64,000 nucleotides of DNA from an uncultured Clostridia bacterium (lineage in GTDB: Bacteria > Bacillota > Clostridia > Christensenellales > DTU072): positions 17,210 to 81,209 of the forward strand of contig CALVXZ010000001.1 of NCBI GenBank assembly GCA_944371785.1, given 5' to 3'. Shown here piece after piece: positions 33,226 through 45,893 of this stretch. The notes below the pieces were generated by a model, which was not told the origin of the DNA, made no database searches, and saw only the letters and a program-made list of their open reading frames with translations. Numbering within the stretch: the stretch's first letter is position 1; the number at the start of each line of letters is the position of its first letter. Made by a program: the position numbers and the translations under genes.

Positions 33226-35847
33226 TTACTTCAGATCGTCGATACGGCGTAACAGCTTTTCGCGTTTCAGCTTGTTTTCATCAAGCTTTCTGCGTTCCGA
33301 TTCCACCAACGCTTCCGGAGCCTTGGATATGAATCCGCTGTTCGAAAGCATTCCTTCGCCGCGGCGTATCTCGTTTTCGACCGACTTCAATTCTTTGTTC
33401 AGACGCTCGGTCTCCTTCCGGAAATCGACCAGATCGCCCAAAGGTATGAATATTTCGCCGTCGGACAGCGCGATCGATACGAATTTGCCGCCGATCTCGT
33501 CCTTGGAACGGATATATCTGACTTCTTCGACTCCGGCAAGTTTTTTCAGATAGGTTTCGTTGCGCCTCAGATAACTTTCGGCGTCGCCGGAAACGCAAAT
33601 ACCGATCTTCTTCGAAGGCTGGACTCCCATCTCCGCACGAACGTTACGCACTGCGCGGATGACGTCTTTCACCTTTTCGAATCTGCGGTATTCGGCGGTG
33701 AACATAAATTTCTTGCTGTATACCGGGTAAGATTCCACCATTATCGCGCCGCTTTCGCCGCATTCCGACCAGATCCTTTCGGTAATGAACGGAGTAAACG
33801 GATGGATCAGTTTCAGTATCTGTTTCAAAACGTAAGTCAGCACCGACAGCGTCCTGGCTTTTTCCGCCGCGGAATCGCCGTAAAGGGCAGGCTTCGTCAG
33901 TTCGATATACCAATCGCAAAAATCGCTCCAGATAAAATCGTACAATTTTGCGTTAGCCATTCCGAGTTCGTATTTTTTCAGGTTGGCGTTGACTTCCTTT
34001 ATGGTCTTGTTTAATTTATAGAGTATCCATTTATCTGCGGAACTGTAGTTAAAGCTACCGAATTCGGGCATATTCACACCATCGGCGTTCATCAGCACGA
34101 ATCTTGCGGCGTTCCACAGTTTGTTCAGGAAGTTTCTGCTGGGTTCCATCTTGTCTTCGCTGAAGCGGATATCGGATCCGGGAGCGACGCCGGTGGTCAG
34201 ACTGAACCGAAGCGCGTCCGCGCCGTATTTGTCTATCAGCATAATCGGGTCTATGCCGTTACCCAAGGATTTGGACATCTTTCTGCCTTCCGCGTCGCGG
34301 ACGATACCGTGAATAAGCACTTCCGGGAACGGGATCTCGCCCATATGTTCCAATCCGCTGAAAATCATTCTTGCCACCCAGAAAAAGATTATATCGTACG
34401 CGGTGACCAAAAGGTTCGTCGGATAGAAATATTTCAGATCCTCGGTTTCGTCGGGATATCCCAAAGTGGAGAACGGCCACAGCGCCGAAGAAAACCAGGT
34501 GTCCAGGACGTCCTCGTCGCGTTTCAGGTTGCGGCTGCCGCACTTCGGGCATACGGTGGGATCTGTCTTGTCGACTATGACTTCGCCGCAATCGGAACAA
34601 TACCACGCAGGTATCTGATGCCCCCACCACAGCTGACGGGAAATGCACCAATCGCGGATATTTTCCATCCAATTGAAATAAATCTTTTCAAACCTTTCGG
34701 GGATAAAGGTTATTTTCTTGTTCTTTACGACTTTGATCGCGGGTTTTGCCAGAGGCTCCATTTTCACGAACCACTGTTTGCTGACGATGGGTTCGACGGT
34801 GCTGTGGCAGCGATAGCATACGCCCACGTTGTGTTCGTAAGGTTCTATCTTTTCCATCAGACCCTGTTCCTCGAGGTCGTGTACGATACGTTTTCTGGCT
34901 TCGTCCCTGTCCAGACCTTTATAAGTGTAACCGTTTTCGTTTATTACGCCGCCGTCGTCCATTATGCGTATGACGGGAAGGTTGTGCCTTAGCCCTACTT
35001 CGAAGTCGTTGGGATCGTGTGCGGGAGTGATCTTTACGCAGCCCGTTCCGAAGTCCAATTCGACGTAATCGTCGGCTATGATCGGAATTTCCCTGTCCGT
35101 CAGCGGCAATTTCAGCATTTTGCCGATCTTGTCGGTATAACGTTCGTCTTTCGGATTGACCGCGACGGCGGTGTCGCCCAAGAGCGTTTCCGGCCTGGTA
35201 GTGGCGATCACCAGATAACCCGATCCGTCGGCATACGGATAACGTATGTGCCACAGATTCGATTGTTGCGGTTCGTATTCCACCTCGGCGTCGGACAGCG
35301 CGGTATGGCAATGCGGACACCAATTGATGATCCTGCTGCCGCGATAAATCAAGCCCTTCCTGTAAAGATTGACGAATACTTCGCGGACGGCTTTCGAACA
35401 GCGTTCGTCCATCGTAAACGCCTCTCTGGACCAATCCAACGAACAACCCAGACGCCTTAGCTGCTGTACTATCCTGCCGCCGTAAGTCGCCTTCCATTCG
35501 TAAGCGCGTTTCAAAAATTCCGCTCTGCCTATATCCTCTTTTTCCAAGCCCTCTTCGCGGAGTTTGTCTACGATTTTAACTTCGGTGGCGATGCTGGCGT
35601 GATCGGTACCCGGCAGCCACAGCGTGGAATAACCCTGCATACGCTTGTGCCTGACGATTATATCCTGAATGGTATTGTTCAGCGCGTGCCCCATATGCAG
35701 CTGCCCCGTAATGTTCGGAGGCGGTATGACGATAGAAAAAGGCGGTTTCGAATAATCGACTTCGGGAGTAAAATATCCTTTCTTCTCCCATTCTTCGTAA
35801 ATAGAGGTTTCGAAACTTTGAGGCTCGAAATTTTTCTCCATATTCAT
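33226..35847 (-). CDS. valS: Valine--tRNA ligase
   Basis: 873 aa. [14 protein letters not shown] (HIGH), KMSKSLGN (KMSKS), and a C-terminal coiled coil. Confidence 0.97.
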   Translation of the reverse strand: MNMEKNFEPQSFETSIYEEWEKKGYFTPEVDYSKPPFSIVIPPPNITGQLHMGHALNNTIQDIIVRHKRMQGYSTLWLPGTDHASIATEVKIVDKLREEGLEKEDIGRAEFLKRAYEWKATYGGRIVQQLRRLGCSLDWSREAFTMDERCSKAVREVFVNLYRKGLIYRGSRIINWCPHCHTALSDAEVEYEPQQSNLWHIRYPYADGSGYLVIATTRPETLLGDTAVAVNPKDERYTDKIGKMLKLPLTDREIPIIADDYVELDFGTGCVKITPAHDPNDFEVGLRHNLPVIRIMDDGGVINENGYTYKGLDRDEARKRIVHDLEEQGLMEKIEPYEHNVGVCYRCHSTVEPIVSKQWFVKMEPLAKPAIKVVKNKKITFIPERFEKIYFNWMENIRDWCISRQLWWGHQIPAWYCSDCGEVIVDKTDPTVCPKCGSRNLKRDEDVLDTWFSSALWPFSTLGYPDETEDLKYFYPTNLLVTAYDIIFFWVARMIFSGLEHMGEIPFPEVLIHGIVRDAEGRKMSKSLGNGIDPIMLIDKYGADALRFSLTTGVAPGSDIRFSEDKMEPSRNFLNKLWNAARFVLMNADGVNMPEFGSFNYSSADKWILYKLNKTIKEVNANLKKYELGMANAKLYDFIWSDFCDWYIELTKPALYGDSAAEKARTLSVLTYVLKQILKLIHPFTPFITERIWSECGESGAIMVESYPVYSKKFMFTAEYRRFEKVKDVIRAVRNVRAEMGVQPSKKIGICVSGDAESYLRRNETYLKKLAGVEEVRYIRSKDEIGGKFVSIALSDGEIFIPLGDLVDFRKETERLNKELKSVENEIRRGEGMLSNSGFISKAPEALVESERRKLDENKLKREKLLRRIDDLK

Positions 35848-35890
35848 TTTGCGGTTTCCTCTTAAAAAAGCAAGTTATTTATTCAGACGC

Positions 35891-35918
35891 GTTCCGCCCG
35901 TAACGGTACGGGCGGAAC
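35891..35918. other. Perfect 12-bp GC-rich hairpin between pgsA-like and valS, with no U tract
   Basis: GTTCCGCCCGTA-ACGG-TACGGGCGGAAC. Confidence 0.7.
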
Positions 35919-35932
35919 GATATAAATCCGTT

Positions 35933-36652
35933 TTATTCCTTTTTGTCCGCGGCGGACGCGTCGGCGTCGCTTTCCGCAGCGACGTTAGCGCCGTCCTCGG
36001 TCGCGTTTTCGGAAGCGTTTTCGGGTACGTTTTCGACGTTCACGCCCTCTTTTGCGGCTCTTTTTTTTGCTAATATACCTTGGATGATGCCTATCGCCTG
36101 TTTCAGATAGTTAAAGAACGCGATATACGTCAGTACCAATCCGATGCCCAGCACTATCCAATCCAAGTAAAACACTTTTTCCGCCCAGAACGGATGGAAA
36201 AAGCTCATTATTATGGCGCCGGATATCGTTGCGGACGCCACTTTACCCATATAATTCGCTTTTATGTTCTTGCTGTCGCCCGCCATGAACACGCCGCCGA
36301 CGACCATAGTCGCTTCTTTTAATATCAAAACGACTATGAACGCCCAATGAACGTAAGAAATGATCACCAGACCCAGAATCGTCGCGCAATGCATCACTTT
36401 GTCGGCGACGGGGTCTATCATCTCGCCGAGTTGCGATCCCTGATTGAAATGCCTGGCGATATAACCGTCCACGACGTCGCTGGCCGCCGCAACCACCAAA
36501 AGTATCAGTCCGATCATAGGCAGACGGTATTCTCCTACGGACAGATAGGTTTCGGGATCTATCGTGCACCACATAATAAACGGAACGCAAAGTATCCTGA
36601 AAAGCGACATCATATTGGGAATAGTCCAAAGTTGTTTCAACAGTTGTTTCAC
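35933..36652 (-). CDS. pgsA: CDP-alcohol phosphatidyltransferase (PgsA-like) with an acidic C-terminal tail
   Basis: 239 aa. DVVDGYIARHFNQGSQLGEMIDPVADKV matches DGx2ARx8Gx3Dx3D. GTG start with GGAGG 8 nt upstream. Confidence 0.85.
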   Translation of the reverse strand: MKQLLKQLWTIPNMMSLFRILCVPFIMWCTIDPETYLSVGEYRLPMIGLILLVVAAASDVVDGYIARHFNQGSQLGEMIDPVADKVMHCATILGLVIISYVHWAFIVVLILKEATMVVGGVFMAGDSKNIKANYMGKVASATISGAIIMSFFHPFWAEKVFYLDWIVLGIGLVLTYIAFFNYLKQAIGIIQGILAKKRAAKEGVNVENVPENASENATEDGANVAAESDADASAADKKE

Positions 36653-36715
36653 ATTTATTTCCTCCGGAAAGTTTATGCGCGCCGCGCAGTATGCCGGAAA
36701 GCGCGCATTGGTATG

Positions 36716-36744
36716 ATTATAACATACTATTATAGAGAATGCAA
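36716..36744 (-). promoter_or_regulatory. Sigma-A-type promoter for pgsA-like/valS
   Basis: Minus strand: TTGCAT (36744-36739), a 17-nt spacer, then TATAAT (36721-36716). Confidence 0.55.
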
Positions 36745-36781
36745 ACTTTATACCAAGTTTAATTGTCCGTCGGTGCTGCCG

Positions 36782-36814
36782 AAAAAAATGCGATTTCCGG
36801 AAAAGAAAATCGCA
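36782..36814 (-). terminator. Intrinsic terminator after ligA
   Basis: Minus strand: UGCGAUUU-(10 nt)-AAAUCGCA followed by U7. Confidence 0.75.
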
Positions 36815-36856
36815 AACGGACCCGTATGGAGCGACGGCGCGGCGGTAAAGATAATT

Positions 36857-38812
<1,956 letters not shown>

Positions 38813-41017
38813 TCACTTTTTCAGCGTGACGGGTGCAAGCTGCAATACGAATTTCTTTATTCCCAGGTCTTTGAACGCGATGGAAGCGGTTGTTTCCTTC
38901 CCGGAGCCGCTGACGCTAAGAATGACTCCTTCGCCGTACCTGGGATGCCTGACTTCCGCGCCTTTGACAAAGCCGGTCAGATCCTTTTCGGCGGCGGCGA
39001 TAACCGGTTTCGGAGCGATAACGGGTCTGCCGGACTTCCTTTCGGATAAAAACGGAGGTCTTCCGCCCGAACCGTAAACGTACTCGGAACGCATTTTCAT
39101 ATTCAGATATGCGTCCGAATGCACTCCGCGGCTTTCTTCCACGAAACGCGACGTCAGACAAGGTTCGATATGGTTGAACTTAAACCGTCTTACGGCGTTC
39201 GTGATAAACAGTCTGTCCTTTGCGCGGGTTATGGCAACGTACATGACCCGGCGTTCTTCCTCCATAGATTTCGCGTCGGATTTCAGTGCCTGAGCGGACG
39301 GGAAAGTGCCTTCTTCCAATCCTACGGCAAAAACCACCGCAAATTCCAGACCTTTTACCGCGTGCATAGTGGCGACTGTGACCTTGTCGCGGTCGAAGTC
39401 CTCCTCGGAATCGTCTCTGACCAGCGAAACCGTCTGCAGGAAATCGTTCAGATCGGCTTCCGGATACTTTTCCTCGAACTGTTTTACTTCGGACAGGAAT
39501 TCCTTTACGTTTTCCCATCTTGCGGCTTCCTCTTCGGAGCCCGCCGAAGTATAGTATCTTTCAAAACCGACTTTTTCTATCAGGTACTCCGCGAAATCTC
39601 CCACTTTTATATATGAATGAGAGATCAGATCGCCTATCAAAGCCGTAAAAGGCATTGTCTTTTTCTTTATCTGTTCGGGGAGTTCCTCGGAAAGCAGCGC
39701 GTCGAACATCGATTCGCCACGCGAGGACGCAAAGTCCCTTATCTTTTGAACGGTGGCTTCGCCGATACCCCTTTGAGGTACGTTGATTATCCTTTCCAAC
39801 GCCTCGTTGTCGGCGTTGTTGGATATCAGCCGCATATACGCCACGGCGTCCTGAATTTCCTTTCTGTCAAAGAACCTTATACCGCCCAAAACGCGGTATT
39901 TCATTCCCGTCTTTGCCAAAGCCGTTTCAAAAAGCCGCGTCAGCGAAGTCGCCCTGACCAATATCGCAAAATCCGACTTTCGGTACCCGTAACGCGCTAT
40001 CAGGAACCTTATTTTGTCGATAACCCAATCGGCTTCCTGTATGTCGTTGTATGCCGTGAAGTAGGTTACTTCCGCGCCCGAACCCCTTATCGGTTCCAGC
40101 GTCTTTTCGTGGCGTTCGTTATTGAAACGGATCAGGTTGTTGGCGGCGTCCAGGATCTGCGGCGTGGAACGGTAATTTTCCACAAGTCTGTAAATTTTCG
40201 TCCCGGGGAACTCTTTGTCGAAGTTCAGGATGTTTTTGATTTCGGCTCCGCGCCAACCGTAAATAGACTGATCGTCGTCGCCCACAACAAATATGTTGCC
40301 GTTTTCGCCGGCTATGAGTTTGACTATTTCGTATTGCACCCTGTTGGTGTCCTGGAATTCGTCGACGTGAATGTACCTGAACCGCTTGCGGCAATACGAC
40401 AGAGCTTCCTCCGAAACCGTCAGCACCTCTTTCATCCTGTGCAGGAGATCGTCGAAATCCATGGCGTTGGACGCCGTCAGCAGTTCGTTGTACCTTTCGT
40501 ATACGCGCTTTATGTCGTACGCGCTGTCGGTCAGTCCGTTTATTTCGCGGAAATATTCGTCGGGATCCATACCCGCGTTCTTCGCGCGGGAGATGTGTTC
40601 CTTCATCACCTCTTTCAACTGCTGACTTTCGATATGCAATTCCCTCATCGCCTTTGCGATGACTCTTTTGGAATCGGTTTCGTCGTATATCGAAAAATTC
40701 TTTTTGAATCCGATGTGCTCGGCAAACTTCCTCAGCATAGAAGCCGAAAAGGAATGGAATGTGGAAACCCACACGCCGTTGTCGGCGCCCAGCAATACTT
40801 CCAGCCTTTCGCGCATTTCGGCAGTCGCCTTGTTCGTAAAGGTTATCGCAAGAATGTTCCAACCGGGAACGCCGAGTTCTTTTACTATATAAGCGACCCT
40901 GTGCGTCAAAACGCGTGTCTTGCCGCTGCCGGCTCCTGCAAGCACCAAAACTGCGCCTTCGGTGTCTGTGACTATCTTTTTCTGACTTTCGTTCAGGTTA
41001 TCTAAAATCGAATCCAT
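38813..41017 (-). CDS. pcrA: ATP-dependent DNA helicase PcrA/UvrD
   Basis: LAGAGSGKTRVLTHR, VDEFQDTN and VMYVAITRAK motifs. The ORF track start at 41035 is TTG. The ATG at 41017 (MDSILDNLNESQKK) has GAAGG upstream. Confidence 0.95.
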   Translation of the reverse strand: MDSILDNLNESQKKIVTDTEGAVLVLAGAGSGKTRVLTHRVAYIVKELGVPGWNILAITFTNKATAEMRERLEVLLGADNGVWVSTFHSFSASMLRKFAEHIGFKKNFSIYDETDSKRVIAKAMRELHIESQQLKEVMKEHISRAKNAGMDPDEYFREINGLTDSAYDIKRVYERYNELLTASNAMDFDDLLHRMKEVLTVSEEALSYCRKRFRYIHVDEFQDTNRVQYEIVKLIAGENGNIFVVGDDDQSIYGWRGAEIKNILNFDKEFPGTKIYRLVENYRSTPQILDAANNLIRFNNERHEKTLEPIRGSGAEVTYFTAYNDIQEADWVIDKIRFLIARYGYRKSDFAILVRATSLTRLFETALAKTGMKYRVLGGIRFFDRKEIQDAVAYMRLISNNADNEALERIINVPQRGIGEATVQKIRDFASSRGESMFDALLSEELPEQIKKKTMPFTALIGDLISHSYIKVGDFAEYLIEKVGFERYYTSAGSEEEAARWENVKEFLSEVKQFEEKYPEADLNDFLQTVSLVRDDSEEDFDRDKVTVATMHAVKGLEFAVVFAVGLEEGTFPSAQALKSDAKSMEEERRVMYVAITRAKDRLFITNAVRRFKFNHIEPCLTSRFVEESRGVHSDAYLNMKMRSEYVYGSGGRPPFLSERKSGRPVIAPKPVIAAAEKDLTGFVKGAEVRHPRYGEGVILSVSGSGKETTASIAFKDLGIKKFVLQLAPVTLKK

Positions 41018-42006
41018 TTCGTACCTTCGTACCAATCGTACCCCAACCGGAGCCGCATTTCGTCTATCGCGTAAGTATCCGTCATGGAAGCCATATAATC
41101 GGTTATGGCTTGTTCGGGGGAACCGGACAGCTTCGCATACAATTCAGGCACCGCGGACGGATTCGCGCGATAGTAATCGAACAGCGCGGACAGCCATTCC
41201 TTGGCGCGCGCTTCTTCTTGTATCGCGTGCTCGGCAAGATAGACGTTTTCGAACATAAATTTACGCAAAAGCGCGGTCGCTTCCGAAAATTCGGGCGACT
41301 GCGCGACGAAATCGTGCCCGTACGACAGCGAAACTATGTCCGCGACCATATTGTTGATCCTTTGGCGTTTGCCTTCGCCCAGAACGCGTACAGCCGATTC
41401 CGGCAGCTCCTTTTCGTCCAAAAGCCCCGCCCTGACTGCGTCGTCCACGTCGTGATTCAGGTACGCTATCCTGTCGGCAAATTGTATTACCTTGCCTTCC
41501 AGGGTCATCGGATGCCCGGAGCCGCGATGTTCCTTTATTCCGTCGATGACTTCGGCGGTAAGGTTCAGACCCGCGCCGTCGTTTTCCAACAAAGTCACCA
41601 CTCTGACGCTCTGTTCGTTGTGTTCGAATCCGCCGCCCAACGCCGCCAGCACCCTTTCGCCGATGTGTCCGAAAGGAGTGTGCCCCAGGTCGTGTCCCCA
41701 GGCAATGGCTTCGGTAAGATCTTCGTTAAGTTTAAGACACCGTGCGATGGTGCGCGCGATCTGCATAACTTCTATCGTATGCGTCATACGCGTCCTGTAA
41801 TGATCTCCCTGCGGCGCGATGAAAACCTGCGTTTTATGCTTTAACCGCCTGAACGCCTTGCTGTGTATTATCCTGTCGCGGTCGCGTTGAAATTCGGTGC
41901 GCATCGGACAAGGCGGTTCGCTTTTCGCCCTGCCTTTCGTATCCCCGGATTTTAACGCATATTCGGACAAATATTCGGATTCGAAGTGTAAATACTCGTC
42001 TTTCAT
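41002..42006 (-). CDS. dgt: dGTPase-like HD-domain triphosphohydrolase
   Basis: 334 aa. FQRDRDRIIHSKAFRRLKHKTQVF...THTIEVMQIART...GHDLGHTPFGH. Confidence 0.9.
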   Translation of the reverse strand: MKDEYLHFESEYLSEYALKSGDTKGRAKSEPPCPMRTEFQRDRDRIIHSKAFRRLKHKTQVFIAPQGDHYRTRMTHTIEVMQIARTIARCLKLNEDLTEAIAWGHDLGHTPFGHIGERVLAALGGGFEHNEQSVRVVTLLENDGAGLNLTAEVIDGIKEHRGSGHPMTLEGKVIQFADRIAYLNHDVDDAVRAGLLDEKELPESAVRVLGEGKRQRINNMVADIVSLSYGHDFVAQSPEFSEATALLRKFMFENVYLAEHAIQEEARAKEWLSALFDYYRANPSAVPELYAKLSGSPEQAITDYMASMTDTYAIDEMRLRLGYDWYEGTKWIRF

Positions 42007-42099
42007 CTATAAAATTTTATCATATACGCGCGCACGAAGTCAACCGCGGCACCTGTAAAGTTTTGCCGCCCTTTCAAAGTGCGGTTCCCCCGAAAACGG

Positions 42100-42121
42100 A
42101 AAAAGCATGCCCGAAGCATAC
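42100..42121 (-). terminator. Intrinsic terminator after thrS
   Basis: Minus strand: GUAUGC-UUCGG-GCAUGC (includes one U.G pair) followed by U5. Confidence 0.6.
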
Positions 42122-42158
42122 TTTTTCGCAATTTCGTGTCGTCTGTCAAATGTCCGGA

Positions 42159-44090
42159 TCAATCCAGCACCAGGTTTTCGGTTTCGGTACGCACCTTGGC
42201 AACGAAGTCTTCCTCGCTCATCGCGCCGATATCGCCTGCCGAACGGCTGCGGACGGAAAGCATTCCGGATTCCGCCTCTTTGTCGCCGATTATCAGCATA
42301 TAAGGTATTTTATCCAATTGCGCCGAACGGATCTTGTATCCGATCTTTTCGTTTCTGACGTCGGCTTCCGCGCGAATACCTTTTTTCTTCAGCCGCGCCG
42401 TCAGTTCGTTGACGTAATCGGCGGTGCGTTCCGTCAGAGACAGGACTCTGACTTGCTCCGGAGCCATCCACACCGGGAAAGCGCCCTTGTATTTTTCGAT
42501 CAGCAACGCTATCGTCCTTTCGTAACAGCCTATCGAGGTGCGGTGAATGATATACGGACGCGCCTTCATACCGTTTTCGTCGACGTAGGTCATATCGAAG
42601 TTTTCGGCAAGGAACATATCGACTTGCAAAGTGATCAGAGTGTCCTCTTTCCCGTAAACGTTTTTGATCTGAATGTCAAGCTTCGGTCCGTAGAACGCCG
42701 CTTCGCCGATGCCGACGGTATATTTTACGCCGAGGTGGTTTAAAATCTTTTCCATTTCCGCCTCTGCCTTGGACCATTTTTCGGGATCGTCTATATATTT
42801 GACTTTATCGGTCGGATCCCATTTGGAGAACCTGTACGAAACGTCCTGTTCTATGCCGACGGCTTTTAACATATATCTGGCAAGCTCCAACGCGCCTTTG
42901 AATTCCTGTTCCAGCTGTGAAGGCATACAGATTATGTGACCTTCGGATATCGTGAACTGCCTGACGCGGATCAGCCCGTGCATTTCTCCGGAGGCTTCGT
43001 TCCTGAACAGCGTCGAAGTTTCGCCGTAACGTATCGGCAGATCACGGTAAGATTTCATTCCGTTGTTGTAGATTGTGTATTGGAACGGGCAGGTCATCGG
43101 GCGCAGAGCCATGACCTCGTTTTCGTTTTCGTTATCGATAACGAACATTCCGTCGCGGTAATGATCCCAATGCCCGGAGATCTTATACAGCGCGGATTTC
43201 GCCATATACGGAGTCTTGGTGCAGACGTAGCCGCGGCGTTCCTCCTCGTCCTCGACGAACCTGGTCAGGATCCTGAAAAGTTTGGCTCCCTTCGGCATCA
43301 GCAAAGGAAGTCCCTGTCCTATGTTTTCGTCGGTCATGAATATGCCCATTTCGCGCCCCAGCTTGTTGTGGTCGCGCAGTTTGGCTTCTTCCAAAGCTTT
43401 CAGATACTCCTCCAGATCGGATTTTTTGTTGAAGGAGGTTCCGTAGATCCTGGTAAGCACTTTGTTATGTTCGTCGCCGCGCCAATACGCACCGGCGATG
43501 GAAGTCAGTTTGAACGCTTTGATATAGCCCGTGGACGGGATATGCGGACCCGCGCAAAGATCGACGAAGTCGCCCTGACGGTACATACTTATTACGGCGT
43601 CGTCGGGAAGATCGTTTATCAGTTCGACTTTGTAGCTTTCGTCCTGTTCGCCGAAAAATTTCAAAGCGGCTTTACGGCTGACCTCTTCCCTGACTATCGG
43701 AATGTTTTCTTTTATTATTTTTTTCATTTCGGCTTCGATCGCCGGAAGAGATTCCATGTTTATCGGAGTCACGAAATCGAAATCGTAATAAAACCCGTTT
43801 TCGATAGCCGGACCGATCGCCACCCTGGCGGTGGGATAAATACGTTTTACTGCCTGCGCAAGAACGTGAGCAGTACTGTGACGGTAGGCGCGTTTCCCTT
43901 CCTCCGTGTCGAATCCCAAAAATTCCACTTCGGCATCTTCGTGTATCGGAGCAGCCATTTCGGTAACCTTTCCGTTGACTTTGGCTACCAAAGCCGAACG
44001 GTAAAGCCCGTCCGAAATCGAACGAGCTATCTCGGCAGGCGTTATGCCGTCGGGAAATTCTTTTTTGTCGCCTCTTAATGAAATAATCAT
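42159..44090 (-). CDS. thrS: Threonine--tRNA ligase
   Basis: 643 aa. N-terminal TGS-like domain, editing-domain motifs, class II core (RVRQFTISEGH), and a C-terminal anticodon-binding domain. Confidence 0.97.
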   Translation of the reverse strand: MIISLRGDKKEFPDGITPAEIARSISDGLYRSALVAKVNGKVTEMAAPIHEDAEVEFLGFDTEEGKRAYRHSTAHVLAQAVKRIYPTARVAIGPAIENGFYYDFDFVTPINMESLPAIEAEMKKIIKENIPIVREEVSRKAALKFFGEQDESYKVELINDLPDDAVISMYRQGDFVDLCAGPHIPSTGYIKAFKLTSIAGAYWRGDEHNKVLTRIYGTSFNKKSDLEEYLKALEEAKLRDHNKLGREMGIFMTDENIGQGLPLLMPKGAKLFRILTRFVEDEEERRGYVCTKTPYMAKSALYKISGHWDHYRDGMFVIDNENENEVMALRPMTCPFQYTIYNNGMKSYRDLPIRYGETSTLFRNEASGEMHGLIRVRQFTISEGHIICMPSQLEQEFKGALELARYMLKAVGIEQDVSYRFSKWDPTDKVKYIDDPEKWSKAEAEMEKILNHLGVKYTVGIGEAAFYGPKLDIQIKNVYGKEDTLITLQVDMFLAENFDMTYVDENGMKARPYIIHRTSIGCYERTIALLIEKYKGAFPVWMAPEQVRVLSLTERTADYVNELTARLKKKGIRAEADVRNEKIGYKIRSAQLDKIPYMLIIGDKEAESGMLSVRSRSAGDIGAMSEEDFVAKVRTETENLVLD

Positions 44091-44115
44091 TTTTATTTTA
44101 CCTCTGAAGTTAAAT

Positions 44116-45882
44116 TCAATTATTTATGATCGCCAATATTTCGTTGAAACTGCCGATCAGATCCTGTTCGGGATACGGATCGCCGGGATAATCGACGTCT
44201 TCGTTCAGACCGTTCTGATTATAGAAATCGTAGTAAATATCCTTTTTGAATCCGTCGGCTTCAACCGCCGCATAGGAATATCTTGCGGTCGTTCCGCGTT
44301 TCGGACGGTGGGTCACGGTATATTTGTCGTCTTCCTCCGATTCGTCGCCTATTTTCAGATAAGTGCCGTCAGCTGCCGCCGCGCCCGGGGAATCCGCCGC
44401 AACGTAATCGGGGAAAAGCGCCTCGATCGTTTCGCCGTTTTCCAAGATCACGGTTTCGATGCCTTCGACGATCTCGCCGGCGATGCCCTGGTAAACTCCG
44501 CTCATCGCGGAATAAACTTTGTCGTAAGAGGAGCTGCCGTATACTCTGCCGGCGATGCCGCCCACGGCGGCGTACTGCCCGTGCAGATTGATCGCGGAAT
44601 CGTTACCCGAAGCGAAATTGGTGTATTTCTTGTTTTCGAATTCCCCTGCGGCAGCTACGGACAAAAGATCGGAATTATATAATTGTCCGATTATGCCTCC
44701 GGAATAGTTGTTCAGACCGCCGTCGCCCGTTTCCAGATAAACGTAAGCGACTGCGTTTTCGATGCTTCCGAAAGCGATATATCCCGTGATCCCGCCCAAA
44801 GACGCAAGATAAGTGTTGTCGGTAGACCCCAAAGGTCCTGCCGATATCGTGACGCTTGCGCCGTCGCCCGATGCCGATTCGATCGCGGAAACCGCGCCGA
44901 CCGCCGCGTCGGATATCGACCCGCAATCGTATAATCCGGCTATGCCGCCTGCCATCACCTTACCCAATCCGTTCGCGCTGAGCGTGCCCGTAAATACGGC
45001 GGAGGATGTTTCGGCGCGCTGAGCCAATCCGAACAAGCCGCCTGCGGTAACGGCTTTGCCGTTTATGATCATCGCTCCGTCCGCCGCGACGTCCGAAGCC
45101 GTGACTTTCGAAGCCGAAGACGAGGTGTTGTTTTCGGTGCGGATCAATCCGGCTATGCCGCCCGCATACACGTCGTCGATGTTGCTCCTGTCGTTAAGGC
45201 TGAATCTGCCGCTGATTTCGATATCGACGGAAGACGTGACCCCGGATAAAACCAGGTTGCCTTCCGCATACCCCATAGCTCCGCCGGCAAAAGCCGTCAG
45301 TTTATAACCTTCGTCCAAAGTGGCGTTATAAATGGCAAGATTCCCGGGCGTCAATTCGATATTGCCTTTCAAAGTGACGTTTTCCAATTTTACGTCGCCG
45401 TAAGCGAACGCCGCCAAAGCGCCGATATAAGTGACCTCGGAATCGGCTTCGGCAACGATGTCGAATTCGACGGTAAGATTTTTGACTTCGGCGTTGTATA
45501 AATATCCGAAAAGCCCCCAATAACGCGTTTCCTCGGCGGAAAGTTCGTTTTCGCCTTCGGCAACCGCCGCCGTATGCGCGACGGAGTATCTGATCGTGTG
45601 ACCGGCTCCGTCCAGGACGCCCCTGAAAGAAGTATCGACTCCGTTACCCAACGGAATATAATCGCTGCCGAGGTCTATATCGTTTGTCAGAGTAAATGTC
45701 CCCAATGCGGAAGCTTCGCCGGCTTGTTCGGAAATGGCTTTGAACTCCTCGGCGGAAGATATGGTCCGGGTATAAGGCGCCGGCGCCGGCTCATCGGGAT
45801 CGCACGCCGTCATTGCGACGACTCCCGATACGGCAAGCAACACAACGGATATGATCAAAAATATCTTTCTGGACTGCTTCAT
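44116..45882 (-). CDS. Lipoprotein with repeated GLUG-type motifs
   Basis: 588 aa. Signal plus lipobox LLAVSGVVAMTAC. About 9 spaced G-[GL]-[ILF]-[AGT]-G units (WGLFGY, AGGAMGY, AGGIAGL, AGGLFGL, AGGIAGL, LGGITGY, SGGIIGQ, VGGIAGR). Its stop is 25 nt upstream of the thrS start. Confidence 0.8.
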   Translation of the reverse strand: MKQSRKIFLIISVVLLAVSGVVAMTACDPDEPAPAPYTRTISSAEEFKAISEQAGEASALGTFTLTNDIDLGSDYIPLGNGVDTSFRGVLDGAGHTIRYSVAHTAAVAEGENELSAEETRYWGLFGYLYNAEVKNLTVEFDIVAEADSEVTYIGALAAFAYGDVKLENVTLKGNIELTPGNLAIYNATLDEGYKLTAFAGGAMGYAEGNLVLSGVTSSVDIEISGRFSLNDRSNIDDVYAGGIAGLIRTENNTSSSASKVTASDVAADGAMIINGKAVTAGGLFGLAQRAETSSAVFTGTLSANGLGKVMAGGIAGLYDCGSISDAAVGAVSAIESASGDGASVTISAGPLGSTDNTYLASLGGITGYIAFGSIENAVAYVYLETGDGGLNNYSGGIIGQLYNSDLLSVAAAGEFENKKYTNFASGNDSAINLHGQYAAVGGIAGRVYGSSSYDKVYSAMSGVYQGIAGEIVEGIETVILENGETIEALFPDYVAADSPGAAAADGTYLKIGDESEEDDKYTVTHRPKRGTTARYSYAAVEADGFKKDIYYDFYNQNGLNEDVDYPGDPYPEQDLIGSFNEILAIINN

Positions 45883-45893
45883 TTTCTATGGTC

